Positions 27,119-36,266 of a DNA stretch of 64,000 nt are shown here, one piece after another. The position numbers were made by a program, and so were the translations under genes. Each line of letters starts with the position of its first letter. Positions within the stretch are counted from its first letter, which is position 1. The notes beneath the pieces are model-generated. The model saw only the letters and a program-made list of their open reading frames with translations, had not been told where the DNA came from and made no database searches. Source of the DNA: a virus; the IMG/VR virus record IMGVR_UViG_3300034101_001322, positions 1 through 64,000 of that record. One strand, given 5' to 3'.

Positions 27119-28706
27119 TGATTATGTAAGAGTTGGGTTAAATACTCAACCAAAAGAAGATAGTCCATTTAACGAACAAGATCCGTTTAATAAGTCTTGG
27201 GAAAATCTAAAAGATTACAATGGGTTAAATCAAAACTTTCGTAGAAAAACTTCACGCAATGTTGCGAAGGCAGTAATAATTCCAACAGATGCGTATTTAG
27301 ATTCAGCAAATGCAACGCCTTCAGGTGTAGATGCATCATCAAAGGCTATCAATCCTGGAACTGTATATCGTAATGGATACGGATTATTTGATGTAATCAC
27401 ACCACCATATAATATGTATGAGTTGGCTAATTTTTATGACACATCTTTTGCAAACCACGCTGCTATTGATGCTAAGGTAGAAAACGTTGTTGGTCTTGGA
27501 TATCGTTTTGATATTGCAGATAGAACGATGCTAAGGTTTGAGATGAATGCTGATCAGTCAGCAGTTGAACGTGCTCGTAATCGTATTGAAAGAATGAAAC
27601 TTGAACTAAAGGATTGGCTTGAAAATCTTAACGATGATGATTCATTTACCAAGACTATGGAAAAGTTTTACACAGATGTTCAGGCAACAGGAAATGGCTA
27701 CCTAGAAATTGGTAGAACTGTAACTGGAGAAATCGGATATGTCGGACACATTCCAGCAACCACAGTTCGTGTACGTAGACTCCGTGATGGATTTGTTCAA
27801 ATCATTGGAAACTCTGTTGTTTACTTCAGAAATTTTGGGGCAAGAAACCCAAACCCAATGACTGGAGATACTCGTCCAAACGAAATCATTCATTACAAAG
27901 AATACTCTCCACTAAACACATACTATGGAATTCCAGACATTGTTGCTGCTCTTCCATCTCTTATTGGTGACCAACTTGCCTCACAGTATAATATTGATTA
28001 CTTTGAGAACAAGGCTGTTCCAAGATATATTGTAACTCTTAAAGGCGCAAAACTATCATCAGATGGTGAAGACAAGATGTTTAGATTCTTGCAGACAGGA
28101 CTTAAGTCTCAGTCACACAGAACACTCTACATCCCACTTCCTGGAGACACTGATCAGAATAAGGTTGAGTTTAAAATGGAGCCAATTGAAAACGGTATCC
28201 AAGATGGCTCATTTAAAGAGTATCGTAAACAAAACCGTGATGACATTTTAATTGCTCATCAGGTTCCAATCTCTAAACTTGGTGGTGCTGACTCAGGCAT
28301 TGCTGCAGCACTTTCACAAGATCGTACCTTTAAAGAGCAGGTTTCTCGTCCAGCACAGAAGCACCTTGAAAAGGTAGTCAATAAGATTATTAAAGAAAAG
28401 ACAGACATTCTTGAACTTAAGTTTAATGAACTTACGCTTACAGATGAAATTGCTCAATCTCAGATTATTGAGCGTTATGTTAAGACACAGGTTATGACTC
28501 CAAATGAGGCTCGTGAGAAGTTAGATCTTCCACAAAGAGCAGACGGAGATGAGCCATTTGTAATGTCACCACGTCAAGCAACTGATTCAAGAGCAAACTT
28601 GGCGGGTAACAGACAAAGAGATGCTGAAAGAACAAATAACAACTCAGACTCTACAACAACCGTCTCTGGACGCAATGCACAAGGAGAGGGTAGGGCATCT
28701 CAATAA
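27111..28706 (+). CDS. portal protein
   Basis: TGNGYLEI.R, EIIH.K, YYG.P, YFEN.A.P, MTPNEAR..L.LP; position before protease and capsid. Confidence 0.9.
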   Translation: MTDDYVRVGLNTQPKEDSPFNEQDPFNKSWENLKDYNGLNQNFRRKTSRNVAKAVIIPTDAYLDSANATPSGVDASSKAINPGTVYRNGYGLFDVITPPYNMYELANFYDTSFANHAAIDAKVENVVGLGYRFDIADRTMLRFEMNADQSAVERARNRIERMKLELKDWLENLNDDDSFTKTMEKFYTDVQATGNGYLEIGRTVTGEIGYVGHIPATTVRVRRLRDGFVQIIGNSVVYFRNFGARNPNPMTGDTRPNEIIHYKEYSPLNTYYGIPDIVAALPSLIGDQLASQYNIDYFENKAVPRYIVTLKGAKLSSDGEDKMFRFLQTGLKSQSHRTLYIPLPGDTDQNKVEFKMEPIENGIQDGSFKEYRKQNRDDILIAHQVPISKLGGADSGIAAALSQDRTFKEQVSRPAQKHLEKVVNKIIKEKTDILELKFNELTLTDEIAQSQIIERYVKTQVMTPNEAREKLDLPQRADGDEPFVMSPRQATDSRANLAGNRQRDAERTNNNSDSTTTVSGRNAQGEGRASQ

Positions 28707-28746
28707 TTGAGATAACCTTTAAAATGTTTGGTATAATGGTTACGAT

Positions 28747-30066
28747 ATGTTAATAAATAAGGCTCATTGGGTGACTGATGGCGACAACGTTCGTCTATCG
28801 ATGCCTATTGGAAAAGTTGATATTGAGCGCCGCATGGTGTCAGGTTTTGCAACCCTAGACAACATCGATAAGCAAGGCGACATTGTTACCACAGAGTCCA
28901 GTATAAATGCATTTAAGAATTTCCGTGGAAATCTCCGTGAGATGCACCAGCCTTCAGCAGTCGGCAAGATTGTTTCATTTAAAGAGGATCGTTACTTTGA
29001 TCCAAATACAAAAAAGTTTTATAGTGGAGTATATGTTTCAGCATATGTCTCAAAGGGTGCACAAGATGCCTGGGAAAAGGTTCTTGATGGAACCTATACT
29101 GGTTTCTCAATTGGTGGAAACATCAAGACTTGGGATGATGCATTCAACGAAGAGATGGACAAGTCAATCCGTGTTATTAAAGAGTACGATTTATTCGAAC
29201 TATCTCTTGTAGATTCACCAGCAAATCAGTTCGCAAACATTATATCAATTGAAAAGCAGAATGGTCACAACGTAATCGGTGGCTTAATTTCAAAGGTAGA
29301 TACAGAAAATATTTTTTATGACCAAGAGTCAGGCATGGTAATCGTATCAGATGCTGAATCAGTTAACCATCCAGTTACAGAGAAGCAAATGAAGAACATC
29401 GGTTTTGTTGAAAAGAATGATAATGAAAAAGCAGAAATGATAAAGTTCTTAGTTGATAGTGCTAAAGGCATTAGTACAATTAAGATTACAAAGGAGGTAA
29501 ACCCTATGACAGAAGCAACAGAAACAGCAGTTGATGCTGCAGTTGAAGAAGTTCAGGTCGCTCCAGAGGCACAACCAGCAGAGGTTGTTGAAACTCCTGC
29601 AGTCGTTGATGAGGCACCAGTAGCGGAGGCTACAGATGCAGAGAAGTCAATCGATGGTAGTGCAGATTCTTCTATTGAAAAATCAGAAGAGGGAGAAGTT
29701 GTTGCAACAGAAACTGTTGTAGCAAAGTCTGATGAGGCAGTTGTTGAGGCAGTTGCTGAAATCAAAAATTCTCTTACAAATGCCTTTGGCGATCTTGCAA
29801 CAACTATCAAGTCTCTTCATGAGCAAATTGTTGCACTAAATAAATCTCTTGACACAGTATCAGGTGAAGTTAAGTCCGTATCTGATGATGTAAAAAACGT
29901 CAAGGGAGTCTTTAATGAGTTTGGTAAGCGAGTAGATGCCGTTGAGCAAGACACCGCTTTCCGCAAGTCTGGCGATCTAGGCGAGATCGTGCAGTTTGAG
30001 CCTGAAAAGGTTCAGAAATCCCTATGGGGCGGTCGTTTCCTCACAAATACCGACCTATTTAACTAA
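28747..30066 (+). CDS. prohead protease (HK97-like) fused to scaffold domain
   Basis: V.GFAT..NIDKQGD, REMH, GFSIGG, ELSLVDSPAN; acidic coiled-coil C-terminus; TGGTATAAT 28729-28737. Confidence 0.85.
   Translation: MLINKAHWVTDGDNVRLSMPIGKVDIERRMVSGFATLDNIDKQGDIVTTESSINAFKNFRGNLREMHQPSAVGKIVSFKEDRYFDPNTKKFYSGVYVSAYVSKGAQDAWEKVLDGTYTGFSIGGNIKTWDDAFNEEMDKSIRVIKEYDLFELSLVDSPANQFANIISIEKQNGHNVIGGLISKVDTENIFYDQESGMVIVSDAESVNHPVTEKQMKNIGFVEKNDNEKAEMIKFLVDSAKGISTIKITKEVNPMTEATETAVDAAVEEVQVAPEAQPAEVVETPAVVDEAPVAEATDAEKSIDGSADSSIEKSEEGEVVATETVVAKSDEAVVEAVAEIKNSLTNAFGDLATTIKSLHEQIVALNKSLDTVSGEVKSVSDDVKNVKGVFNEFGKRVDAVEQDTAFRKSGDLGEIVQFEPEKVQKSLWGGRFLTNTDLFN
29506..30066 (+). CDS. nested in-frame scaffolding protein (predicted internal start)
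   Basis: AAGGAGGT SD 29491-29498 then in-frame ATG 29506. Confidence 0.6.
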   Translation: MTEATETAVDAAVEEVQVAPEAQPAEVVETPAVVDEAPVAEATDAEKSIDGSADSSIEKSEEGEVVATETVVAKSDEAVVEAVAEIKNSLTNAFGDLATTIKSLHEQIVALNKSLDTVSGEVKSVSDDVKNVKGVFNEFGKRVDAVEQDTAFRKSGDLGEIVQFEPEKVQKSLWGGRFLTNTDLFN

Positions 30067-30093
30067 GGTAAAAATCACTAGGAGGTGAACAAT

Positions 30094-31245
30094 ATGTCGG
30101 AACAAAATAACAATCTAGAAAAGAACTATCCAGGATCAGGCGGAGCAGGCAATGAGATTAACTCTCAGGGCGGTTTCGTTTCTGGTGGTATTGGTAGTGC
30201 AACTGGTCTTGACGCAGACGGAGCATCCGTTGGCGCACAACTTGGAAACACTGCTACTGCAGCATTCGGATCAACATCTGGTGCAAACGCAGTAAACCCA
30301 ACAGGCGTGGCTGGTGGTATTCTAGCACCAGAGCAGGCTCGTCGCTTCATCGACTACGTGTGGGATGCAACAGTTCTCGCCAAAGATGGACGTAGAGTTA
30401 CAATGCGTGCTAACACAATGGAAATCGAAAAGGTTAACGTTGGAGAGCGTGTTATCCGTGCAGCAGCACAGGGTGCACCAGATTACACAAACGCAGGCGC
30501 TACATTTACTAAGGTAGAACTTACAACCAAGAAGATTCGTCTTGACTGGGAAGTTTCTACAGAAGCACTTGAAGACAATATTGAAGGCGGAGCACTTGAA
30601 GATCATCTAGTTCGCTTGATGACAAATGCATTTGCTAACGATATCGAAGATCTTGCTATTAATGGTGAAGGATCAGGCGCAGATGCCTTCCTATCTATCA
30701 TGCCTGGCTTCGTAAAGCAGACTCGTGGAACAGTAGGAAATGCTGCTCATGAGTACGCTGCAACAGTTGCAGACAATAACTACACAACATCAGTAATGCA
30801 GGGCTTGCTTCTAGCAATGCCACGCAAGTACCGTGCACTTAAGTCAAACCTTAAGTTCTACGCAGGCACTGATGCATTTGCTGGTATTGTCCGTAACAAC
30901 GGTACACTAGCGGATGCTATTTCAGCAGCCTTCTCAGACCGTACTGGTAGCACACAAGCAAACCGTCAAGAATTCCTTGATGGTGGCGCACAAACACTTG
31001 GTAACACACGTACAACTCGTGTACTTGGTGTAGATGTTCTTGAGGTTCCTTACTACCCTGCAGGTTATGTCGACTTGACATTCCCTCAGAACCGTGTATG
31101 GGGCTTCCAGCGTGATATCACAGTAAATCGTGAATATCGTGCGAAGAAGGACACAATCGAATACACAGTATTCGTACGCTTTGGTATCCAATGGGAAGAA
31201 CTAGATGCAGTCGCTTATGTCGACTCAGATAGTGCCGATTCCTAA
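30094..31245 (+). CDS. major capsid protein (HK97 fold)
   Basis: GGIL.PEQA.RFID, VEL.TKK.RL.WE.S.EALEDNIEG, FANDIEDLAING; SD GGAGGTG favours ATG 30094. Confidence 0.9.
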   Translation: MSEQNNNLEKNYPGSGGAGNEINSQGGFVSGGIGSATGLDADGASVGAQLGNTATAAFGSTSGANAVNPTGVAGGILAPEQARRFIDYVWDATVLAKDGRRVTMRANTMEIEKVNVGERVIRAAAQGAPDYTNAGATFTKVELTTKKIRLDWEVSTEALEDNIEGGALEDHLVRLMTNAFANDIEDLAINGEGSGADAFLSIMPGFVKQTRGTVGNAAHEYAATVADNNYTTSVMQGLLLAMPRKYRALKSNLKFYAGTDAFAGIVRNNGTLADAISAAFSDRTGSTQANRQEFLDGGAQTLGNTRTTRVLGVDVLEVPYYPAGYVDLTFPQNRVWGFQRDITVNREYRAKKDTIEYTVFVRFGIQWEELDAVAYVDSDSADS

Positions 31246-31261
31246 GATTTAACCAATCACT

Positions 31262-31302
31262 AATAGGGAGGGTAGCGTAAAAACTACCCTCCTTATTCTT
31301 TT
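31262..31302 (+). terminator. intrinsic terminator after capsid gene
   Basis: AATAGGGAGGGTAG/CTACCCTCCTTATT stem followed by CTTTT. Confidence 0.85.
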
Positions 31303-31334
31303 CTGGTATAATTACAAATGAGCACTGGAGAATT

Positions 31335-31685
31335 ATGAATCTAACAATAGAAGAGTTATCAACAAAAACTGTTATGTCTTTAAAGTCATATGCAAAGAAA
31401 AATAATATTGAACTATTTGAAGCAAATACTAAACTTGAAATTTTAGAAATTTTGGCTAGTTGGATTCCACCAGAGCCAAAAGAAGAAGTAGAACAAGCAG
31501 ACAAAGCAAAAACTTTAATTAATAAGGTAGCCCTATATTCAGAAAGAAACCTACATATGGATAACCTGGGTGCTTTAAAGGTAGGTTACAACATAGTCTC
31601 AAAGGAGGCATCGGAAAAGTGGCTAACACACAGGCTGGTTAGAATTGCACCGCCTGAAGAGGTAGCCTCATACTACGGTAAATAA
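31335..31685 (+). CDS. protein with Rho-N/HeH-like helical domain
   Basis: ELSTKTV..LKSYAKKNNI....TK.EI; promoter TGGTATAAT 31304-31312. Confidence 0.6.
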   Translation: MNLTIEELSTKTVMSLKSYAKKNNIELFEANTKLEILEILASWIPPEPKEEVEQADKAKTLINKVALYSERNLHMDNLGALKVGYNIVSKEASEKWLTHRLVRIAPPEEVASYYGK

Positions 31686-31687
31686 AT

Positions 31688-32677
31688 ATGAACATTTTAA
31701 GACTTCCACCATACCCGCTATCTGTTACGTATACAGTTCCAGATGCAAACACAGACTATATCATTGTTATTGAAGATGTTGCTGATTTGACAGAGATAGA
31801 AGAGTCTATAACCTCTAATGCAAACTCCAAGATCACCTACTCATTAACAGGTGATTTTGTTAAATATGATAAGTCATATGCTGTTAGCATTTATGAAGAT
31901 GCTGGCTCTTCTGGTGCAGACCTAGTACGTGGAGATATTGTTGTTGAAGACAACTTAAATATTGAAAGACCATATGTAAACCCAATCACCTTAGCAACTT
32001 CTGGAACTGCAACAGATATTGCAGCCTATACAGAGTATGAAGGTTTAGCAAGATCAATTATTGATTCAATTACTGGTGGGTTCTACTACAACAGAACATA
32101 CTTAGAAGTTGTTGGTCAAGGAACTGATTATGTTCCGCTTTGGAAAAAAACACATAAAATTTTAAAGGCATATGAAAATGCAGAACTAGTCTATGATTTA
32201 AGTGATACAGTTAATGGTCCAGCACTAAAGTCCTATACGTATGTAATAACAAAAGACAAGTCTGCAATTACAAAAGATCCAGTAGAAAATACTGACTCAT
32301 TGAATCGTGCTGAAAGAAAATACCCTAATATTCCAGTTGCACCATCAGATTCTATTAGTCTTTTTGACACTGAAGATAGCGGAAACGTTCAGACAATTGT
32401 TCCAGCAGTAGCCTTTCCACAAGGAATAGACTGCATCTTTTTACTAGAGACTGGCTACAAAGTAGTTCCAAACGATATTACAGATGCTACAAAAATGTTA
32501 ATTGAAGATATTAAGTGTGGCAAACTAGATTATTACAAGCGCTATATTAAGAACTATAGTACAGATCAATTTAAAATTGAATATGACAAGAGAATGATTG
32601 ATGGTACTGGTAATATTCTTGTTGATAAAATTCTTGACAAGTACATAGAAACGATTATCCGTCCAGGAGTATTATAA
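31688..32677 (+). CDS. head-tail adaptor
   Basis: AR.IID.IT, GYK.VP.DI..AT..LI, VDKIL.KY; synteny. Confidence 0.65.
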   Translation: MNILRLPPYPLSVTYTVPDANTDYIIVIEDVADLTEIEESITSNANSKITYSLTGDFVKYDKSYAVSIYEDAGSSGADLVRGDIVVEDNLNIERPYVNPITLATSGTATDIAAYTEYEGLARSIIDSITGGFYYNRTYLEVVGQGTDYVPLWKKTHKILKAYENAELVYDLSDTVNGPALKSYTYVITKDKSAITKDPVENTDSLNRAERKYPNIPVAPSDSISLFDTEDSGNVQTIVPAVAFPQGIDCIFLLETGYKVVPNDITDATKMLIEDIKCGKLDYYKRYIKNYSTDQFKIEYDKRMIDGTGNILVDKILDKYIETIIRPGVL

Positions 32678-33126
32678 TGGAATGCTGCCCAGAAACAGAT
32701 TTCATGTATCCGATGAAGGCAGATATCTATTATCCAATTATTAAACAAACCCAGTATGGTCAGGCTACAAAAGACTGGGTTTTTGATAGAACGATTATTT
32801 GTAATGCAACAAGCGTAGGTGGAGCAGGTACAGAAGATATTAAACCAGAGACATTTCTTCAGTACGAAAATAAACTTATTGCTAGAACTAAAAATGATCC
32901 AAGAATATCCTCTAATAGTTCAGAAAATGCCATAACAAATATTTTAGTAACTAACATTCGTAATGCACATGATGACATGATTTACAAAGAAACTGCGGGA
33001 CCGAGATCTGGCAGAGGAACCATATACGAAATGGCTACAGTAGAACCATTTACTGGACCATTTGGCAATGTTGAATATTTTAAGATGCTCTGGCGTAGAA
33101 CAGAGAATCAGACAATAGGTGACTAA
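32677..33126 (+). CDS. head closure/stopper protein
   Basis: synteny and size; Q.QYG....W motif. Confidence 0.55.
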   Translation: MECCPETDFMYPMKADIYYPIIKQTQYGQATKDWVFDRTIICNATSVGGAGTEDIKPETFLQYENKLIARTKNDPRISSNSSENAITNILVTNIRNAHDDMIYKETAGPRSGRGTIYEMATVEPFTGPFGNVEYFKMLWRRTENQTIGD

Positions 33127-33803
33127 TGAGAGTAACAACCAACTCAAAACAATTTGAATTACAGATGAATAATATCATCAAGTATTCTGTTGGGTTTTTA
33201 GATGGCGTTCAAAATGGAAAGTCTTTATTTTTAAAAAACCTTGGGGCTGGTGTTATTCAAGCACTAGCGGCATATGTCGATGTTTCAGCAAAAGGTAATC
33301 CAAGAGCGCTTCATCATATGTACGAGTGGTATCAAACTGGAAGTCCAAGCGCAAGATTGTTTGACCTAGACTATACAGTTAGTAATCTAGGGTTAAGCAT
33401 TAATTCAAAGTTCAAACAGTCAAGAACTTTAAAAGAAGATTCAAATGAGCCATTTTATAATAAAGCAGAAATAATGGAACGTGGTATACCAGTTACAATA
33501 ACTCCAAAAAGATCATCAGTTTTAGTATTTGAAGAAGGTGGAGAAACCATCTTTACAAAAAGTCCAATTACAGTTAGAAGCCCAGGTGGTGACGAGGTAC
33601 GTGGGTCATTTGAAAGAACAGTCGATGAGTTTATACTTAGATACTTCAAACAATCATTCTTAAGAGCAAGCGGAATTTATGACTACATTAAGAAGCCAAC
33701 CTTGTACAAGAAGAACCTTAAGGTTGGATCTAGGGCTGGAAGATCTAAGGGACTTGAAACTGGTTTTAAATGGATTGCAAATGCAAAGATTAGTGTAGAA
33801 TAG
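33126..33803 (+). CDS. neck protein
   Basis: synteny; KA.IME.G.P motif. Confidence 0.5.
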   Translation: MRVTTNSKQFELQMNNIIKYSVGFLDGVQNGKSLFLKNLGAGVIQALAAYVDVSAKGNPRALHHMYEWYQTGSPSARLFDLDYTVSNLGLSINSKFKQSRTLKEDSNEPFYNKAEIMERGIPVTITPKRSSVLVFEEGGETIFTKSPITVRSPGGDEVRGSFERTVDEFILRYFKQSFLRASGIYDYIKKPTLYKKNLKVGSRAGRSKGLETGFKWIANAKISVE

Positions 33804-33807
33804 GCAT

Positions 33808-34386
33808 ATGACTCTTAACATTAATGCCCAAACTGGCTTTCCTCCAACATTTCTTAATGCTTATATTAATAGCGAATTAAAGGAGTTTGGATTAATTCCA
33901 GACGGTCCAAACCCATTCCAACCATTTTTTCCAGCACAGAGCCCAATAAACATTGAGGACATTTACAACGATAGCGTATACATCAAGAATAACCCTGATG
34001 CTATAGTTGTTATGTTTGATAGGCTTATTAGGTTTAGACCAAATGCATTTTATAGAAATAAGCGTGAGCAACTTGTATACTTTATTTATGCTCCAAACCT
34101 AAGCAAGTTGTTTGATGCAACCAGAGTTATTATTGAGTGCCTTGATAGAGAAGATGCTGCAGCCCAAGATCTCAATCTCTGGATAGCAACAAATGACGTT
34201 GAGGACGATAATGGAGTTGCTATTACTCCAAATGTAATGTTCCATAATGTAAAGGTTTATCAGGCAGATGAGGCAAGGGATATAGCCGAACTAGCCTCAG
34301 CCAGAACCCTATTTTTGAACAAATTGGTTATAGAGTATGACTACCATACAACCGATAGCCTAGGAATCTCCCAAAGATACACATAA
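33808..34386 (+). CDS. putative tail terminator/completion protein
   Basis: immediately upstream of tail tube gene. Confidence 0.5.
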   Translation: MTLNINAQTGFPPTFLNAYINSELKEFGLIPDGPNPFQPFFPAQSPINIEDIYNDSVYIKNNPDAIVVMFDRLIRFRPNAFYRNKREQLVYFIYAPNLSKLFDATRVIIECLDREDAAAQDLNLWIATNDVEDDNGVAITPNVMFHNVKVYQADEARDIAELASARTLFLNKLVIEYDYHTTDSLGISQRYT

Positions 34387-34462
34387 AATGCTGTTATACT
34401 TATCATGAGGAAACACAAACGCCGTACAACTTAATATCTATTCTTAAGGAAGAGGTGAATAA

Positions 34463-35101
34463 ATGGCATACAGTCGTGGAACGTCGTCCAACATTATCGT
34501 TGGTGCAGCAGCACTTTTTGTTGCAGACACAACCCTAACTCCAAATACATTGGAGAACTTTAGTACTGAAGTATCATTCAGAGAGACACTCTCAAATGAT
34601 GCAGATTATACAAACGTAGGTTACACCATGAACGGTCTAGAAATGCAGTTCCAACCAGACTTCGGTGAAGTCCAGGTAGACCAAATTCTTGACGTTGCAA
34701 AACTTTACAAGCAGGGCATGCAGGTTAATCTTGCAACTGCTTTTGCTGAAGCAACACTAGAGAATCTTCTCTTGGCTTTGGCATTCGGTTCAGACGAACT
34801 AACTGGCTCAGTCGCAACTCACACAGGTAAGACATTAAACTTATCTGCAGGAGATATCGGCGAGTGTCCAGTAGAGCGTGGAATTGTTGCAGTAGGACCT
34901 GGTACAGGTGACTGCGTAAACTCTCCATTCGTGGAGCGTGTTTACACAGCATACCGTGCTTTGTCAATCGAAAACGTAACAGTTTCAGCAAAGCGTGATG
35001 AGGCTTCAATGTTTGAAGTTTCTTTCCGTTTGCTACCAGAAGATACTTCAGGCTCATACGGTAAGATCGTTGATCGTACCTTCGGAGACCTATTGTCTTA
35101 A
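34463..35101 (+). CDS. major tail (tube) protein
   Basis: NIIVGAA.LF, VGYT..G.E....P, T.FAE.TLENL; promoter TGTTATACT 34392-34400. Confidence 0.85.
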   Translation: MAYSRGTSSNIIVGAAALFVADTTLTPNTLENFSTEVSFRETLSNDADYTNVGYTMNGLEMQFQPDFGEVQVDQILDVAKLYKQGMQVNLATAFAEATLENLLLALAFGSDELTGSVATHTGKTLNLSAGDIGECPVERGIVAVGPGTGDCVNSPFVERVYTAYRALSIENVTVSAKRDEASMFEVSFRLLPEDTSGSYGKIVDRTFGDLLS

Positions 35102-35120
35102 TAGTTTAATTACTCAGCAT

Positions 35121-35154
35121 AGCCCATGTCTTCGGATGTGGGCTTTGTTGTTTT
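35121..35154 (+). terminator. intrinsic terminator with UUCG tetraloop
   Basis: AGCCCATGTC-TTCG-GATGTGGGCT then TTGTTGTTTT. Confidence 0.85.
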
Positions 35155-35173
35155 ATGGTAGAATAGAATTTCC

Positions 35174-35866
35174 ATGGCAACTACAATATATAAAAGTGAA
35201 ATAATACATTTATTTGACGGAACAGAATTAGAAATAACTCCATTAAAGATCAAGTATCTTCGTGAGTTTATGGTGGCATTTGAAGATGTCAAATTAACTA
35301 AAAATGACGACGAAGCAATAGCGGCATTAGTTGAATGCGTAAGAATTTGCATGAAGCAGTATCACCCATCTATATCTGGAACGGTAGAAGAGATTGAAGA
35401 TAGTTTAGACATGCCAACTATCTATAGAGTGTTAGACATATCTGCTGGTATTAGAATCAATAAGAAGTCTGAAGAGCCAGTTAAAGATCAAGCAGTTGAA
35501 AGCGGATCTACTTGGGATGATCTAGATTTAGCAAAACTTGAGTCAGAGGTTTTTTTGCTAGGAATTTGGAAAGACTATCAGGAACTAGAAAAATCTTTAT
35601 CCATGCCAGAACTAATGGCAACCTTAGAGGTTAGTAGGGAACTAGATTATGCTGAAAAGAAATTTATGGCTGCTATTCAAGGTGTTGATTTAGATAAAGA
35701 GTCTGGAAAAGGCAAGGGACAGCAAGAGTGGGAAGACATGAAGGCAAGAGTATTTAGTAAGGGTCAAACAAATGACTCAAATGACATTCTATCCTTACAA
35801 GGACCAAAAGCCCAGAAGTTGGGGTTTGGAATAGGTATGGGATTAGATTACGAAAATTTAACATAA
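35174..35866 (+). CDS. tail assembly chaperone, long (GT-like in-frame fusion)
   Basis: N-terminal ~95 aa paralogous to 35912 plus extra C-terminal domain; between tube and tape measure. Confidence 0.7.
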   Translation: MATTIYKSEIIHLFDGTELEITPLKIKYLREFMVAFEDVKLTKNDDEAIAALVECVRICMKQYHPSISGTVEEIEDSLDMPTIYRVLDISAGIRINKKSEEPVKDQAVESGSTWDDLDLAKLESEVFLLGIWKDYQELEKSLSMPELMATLEVSRELDYAEKKFMAAIQGVDLDKESGKGKGQQEWEDMKARVFSKGQTNDSNDILSLQGPKAQKLGFGIGMGLDYENLT

Positions 35867-35911
35867 TAAGCGTTTTATGCTATAATTGAGTTAACCTATA
35901 TAGGAGGAACA

Positions 35912-36244
35912 ATGGCAACAACAGTACATGAGGGCACAGAACTAACTCTTATGGATGGGTCAAAGATTAAGGTACGTCCACTTAAAATCTCTTTGCTTCG
36001 TCCATTTATGAAGAAGTTCGAACAGGTAGCAGGGGTGGCAGAAGATAACGAGAAGTCAATGACTCTTCTTATTGAATGTGTACAAATTGCGATGGAGCAG
36101 TACAACCCAGACTTGTCTACAGATATTAACAAACTAGAAGAGATCCTAGATCTCCCAACAGTCTACAAGGTTATTGAAGCCGCTTCTGGAGTTAAGTTAA
36201 CAGATGCAAACAACTTGTTAAACACAGTTCTTGCAAATAACTAA
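35912..36244 (+). CDS. tail assembly chaperone, short (G-like)
   Basis: directly before tape measure; TGCTATAAT 35878-35886 and AGGAGG SD. Confidence 0.75.
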   Translation: MATTVHEGTELTLMDGSKIKVRPLKISLLRPFMKKFEQVAGVAEDNEKSMTLLIECVQIAMEQYNPDLSTDINKLEEILDLPTVYKVIEAASGVKLTDANNLLNTVLANN

Positions 36245-36266
36245 TTAATAAAAGAGGTGTAAATGA

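Noticed and set aside
34405-34434. Basic mini-ORF MRKHKRRTT ahead of tail tube gene
   Set aside because: ATG is only 4 nt from the -10 box, likely upstream of the transcription start
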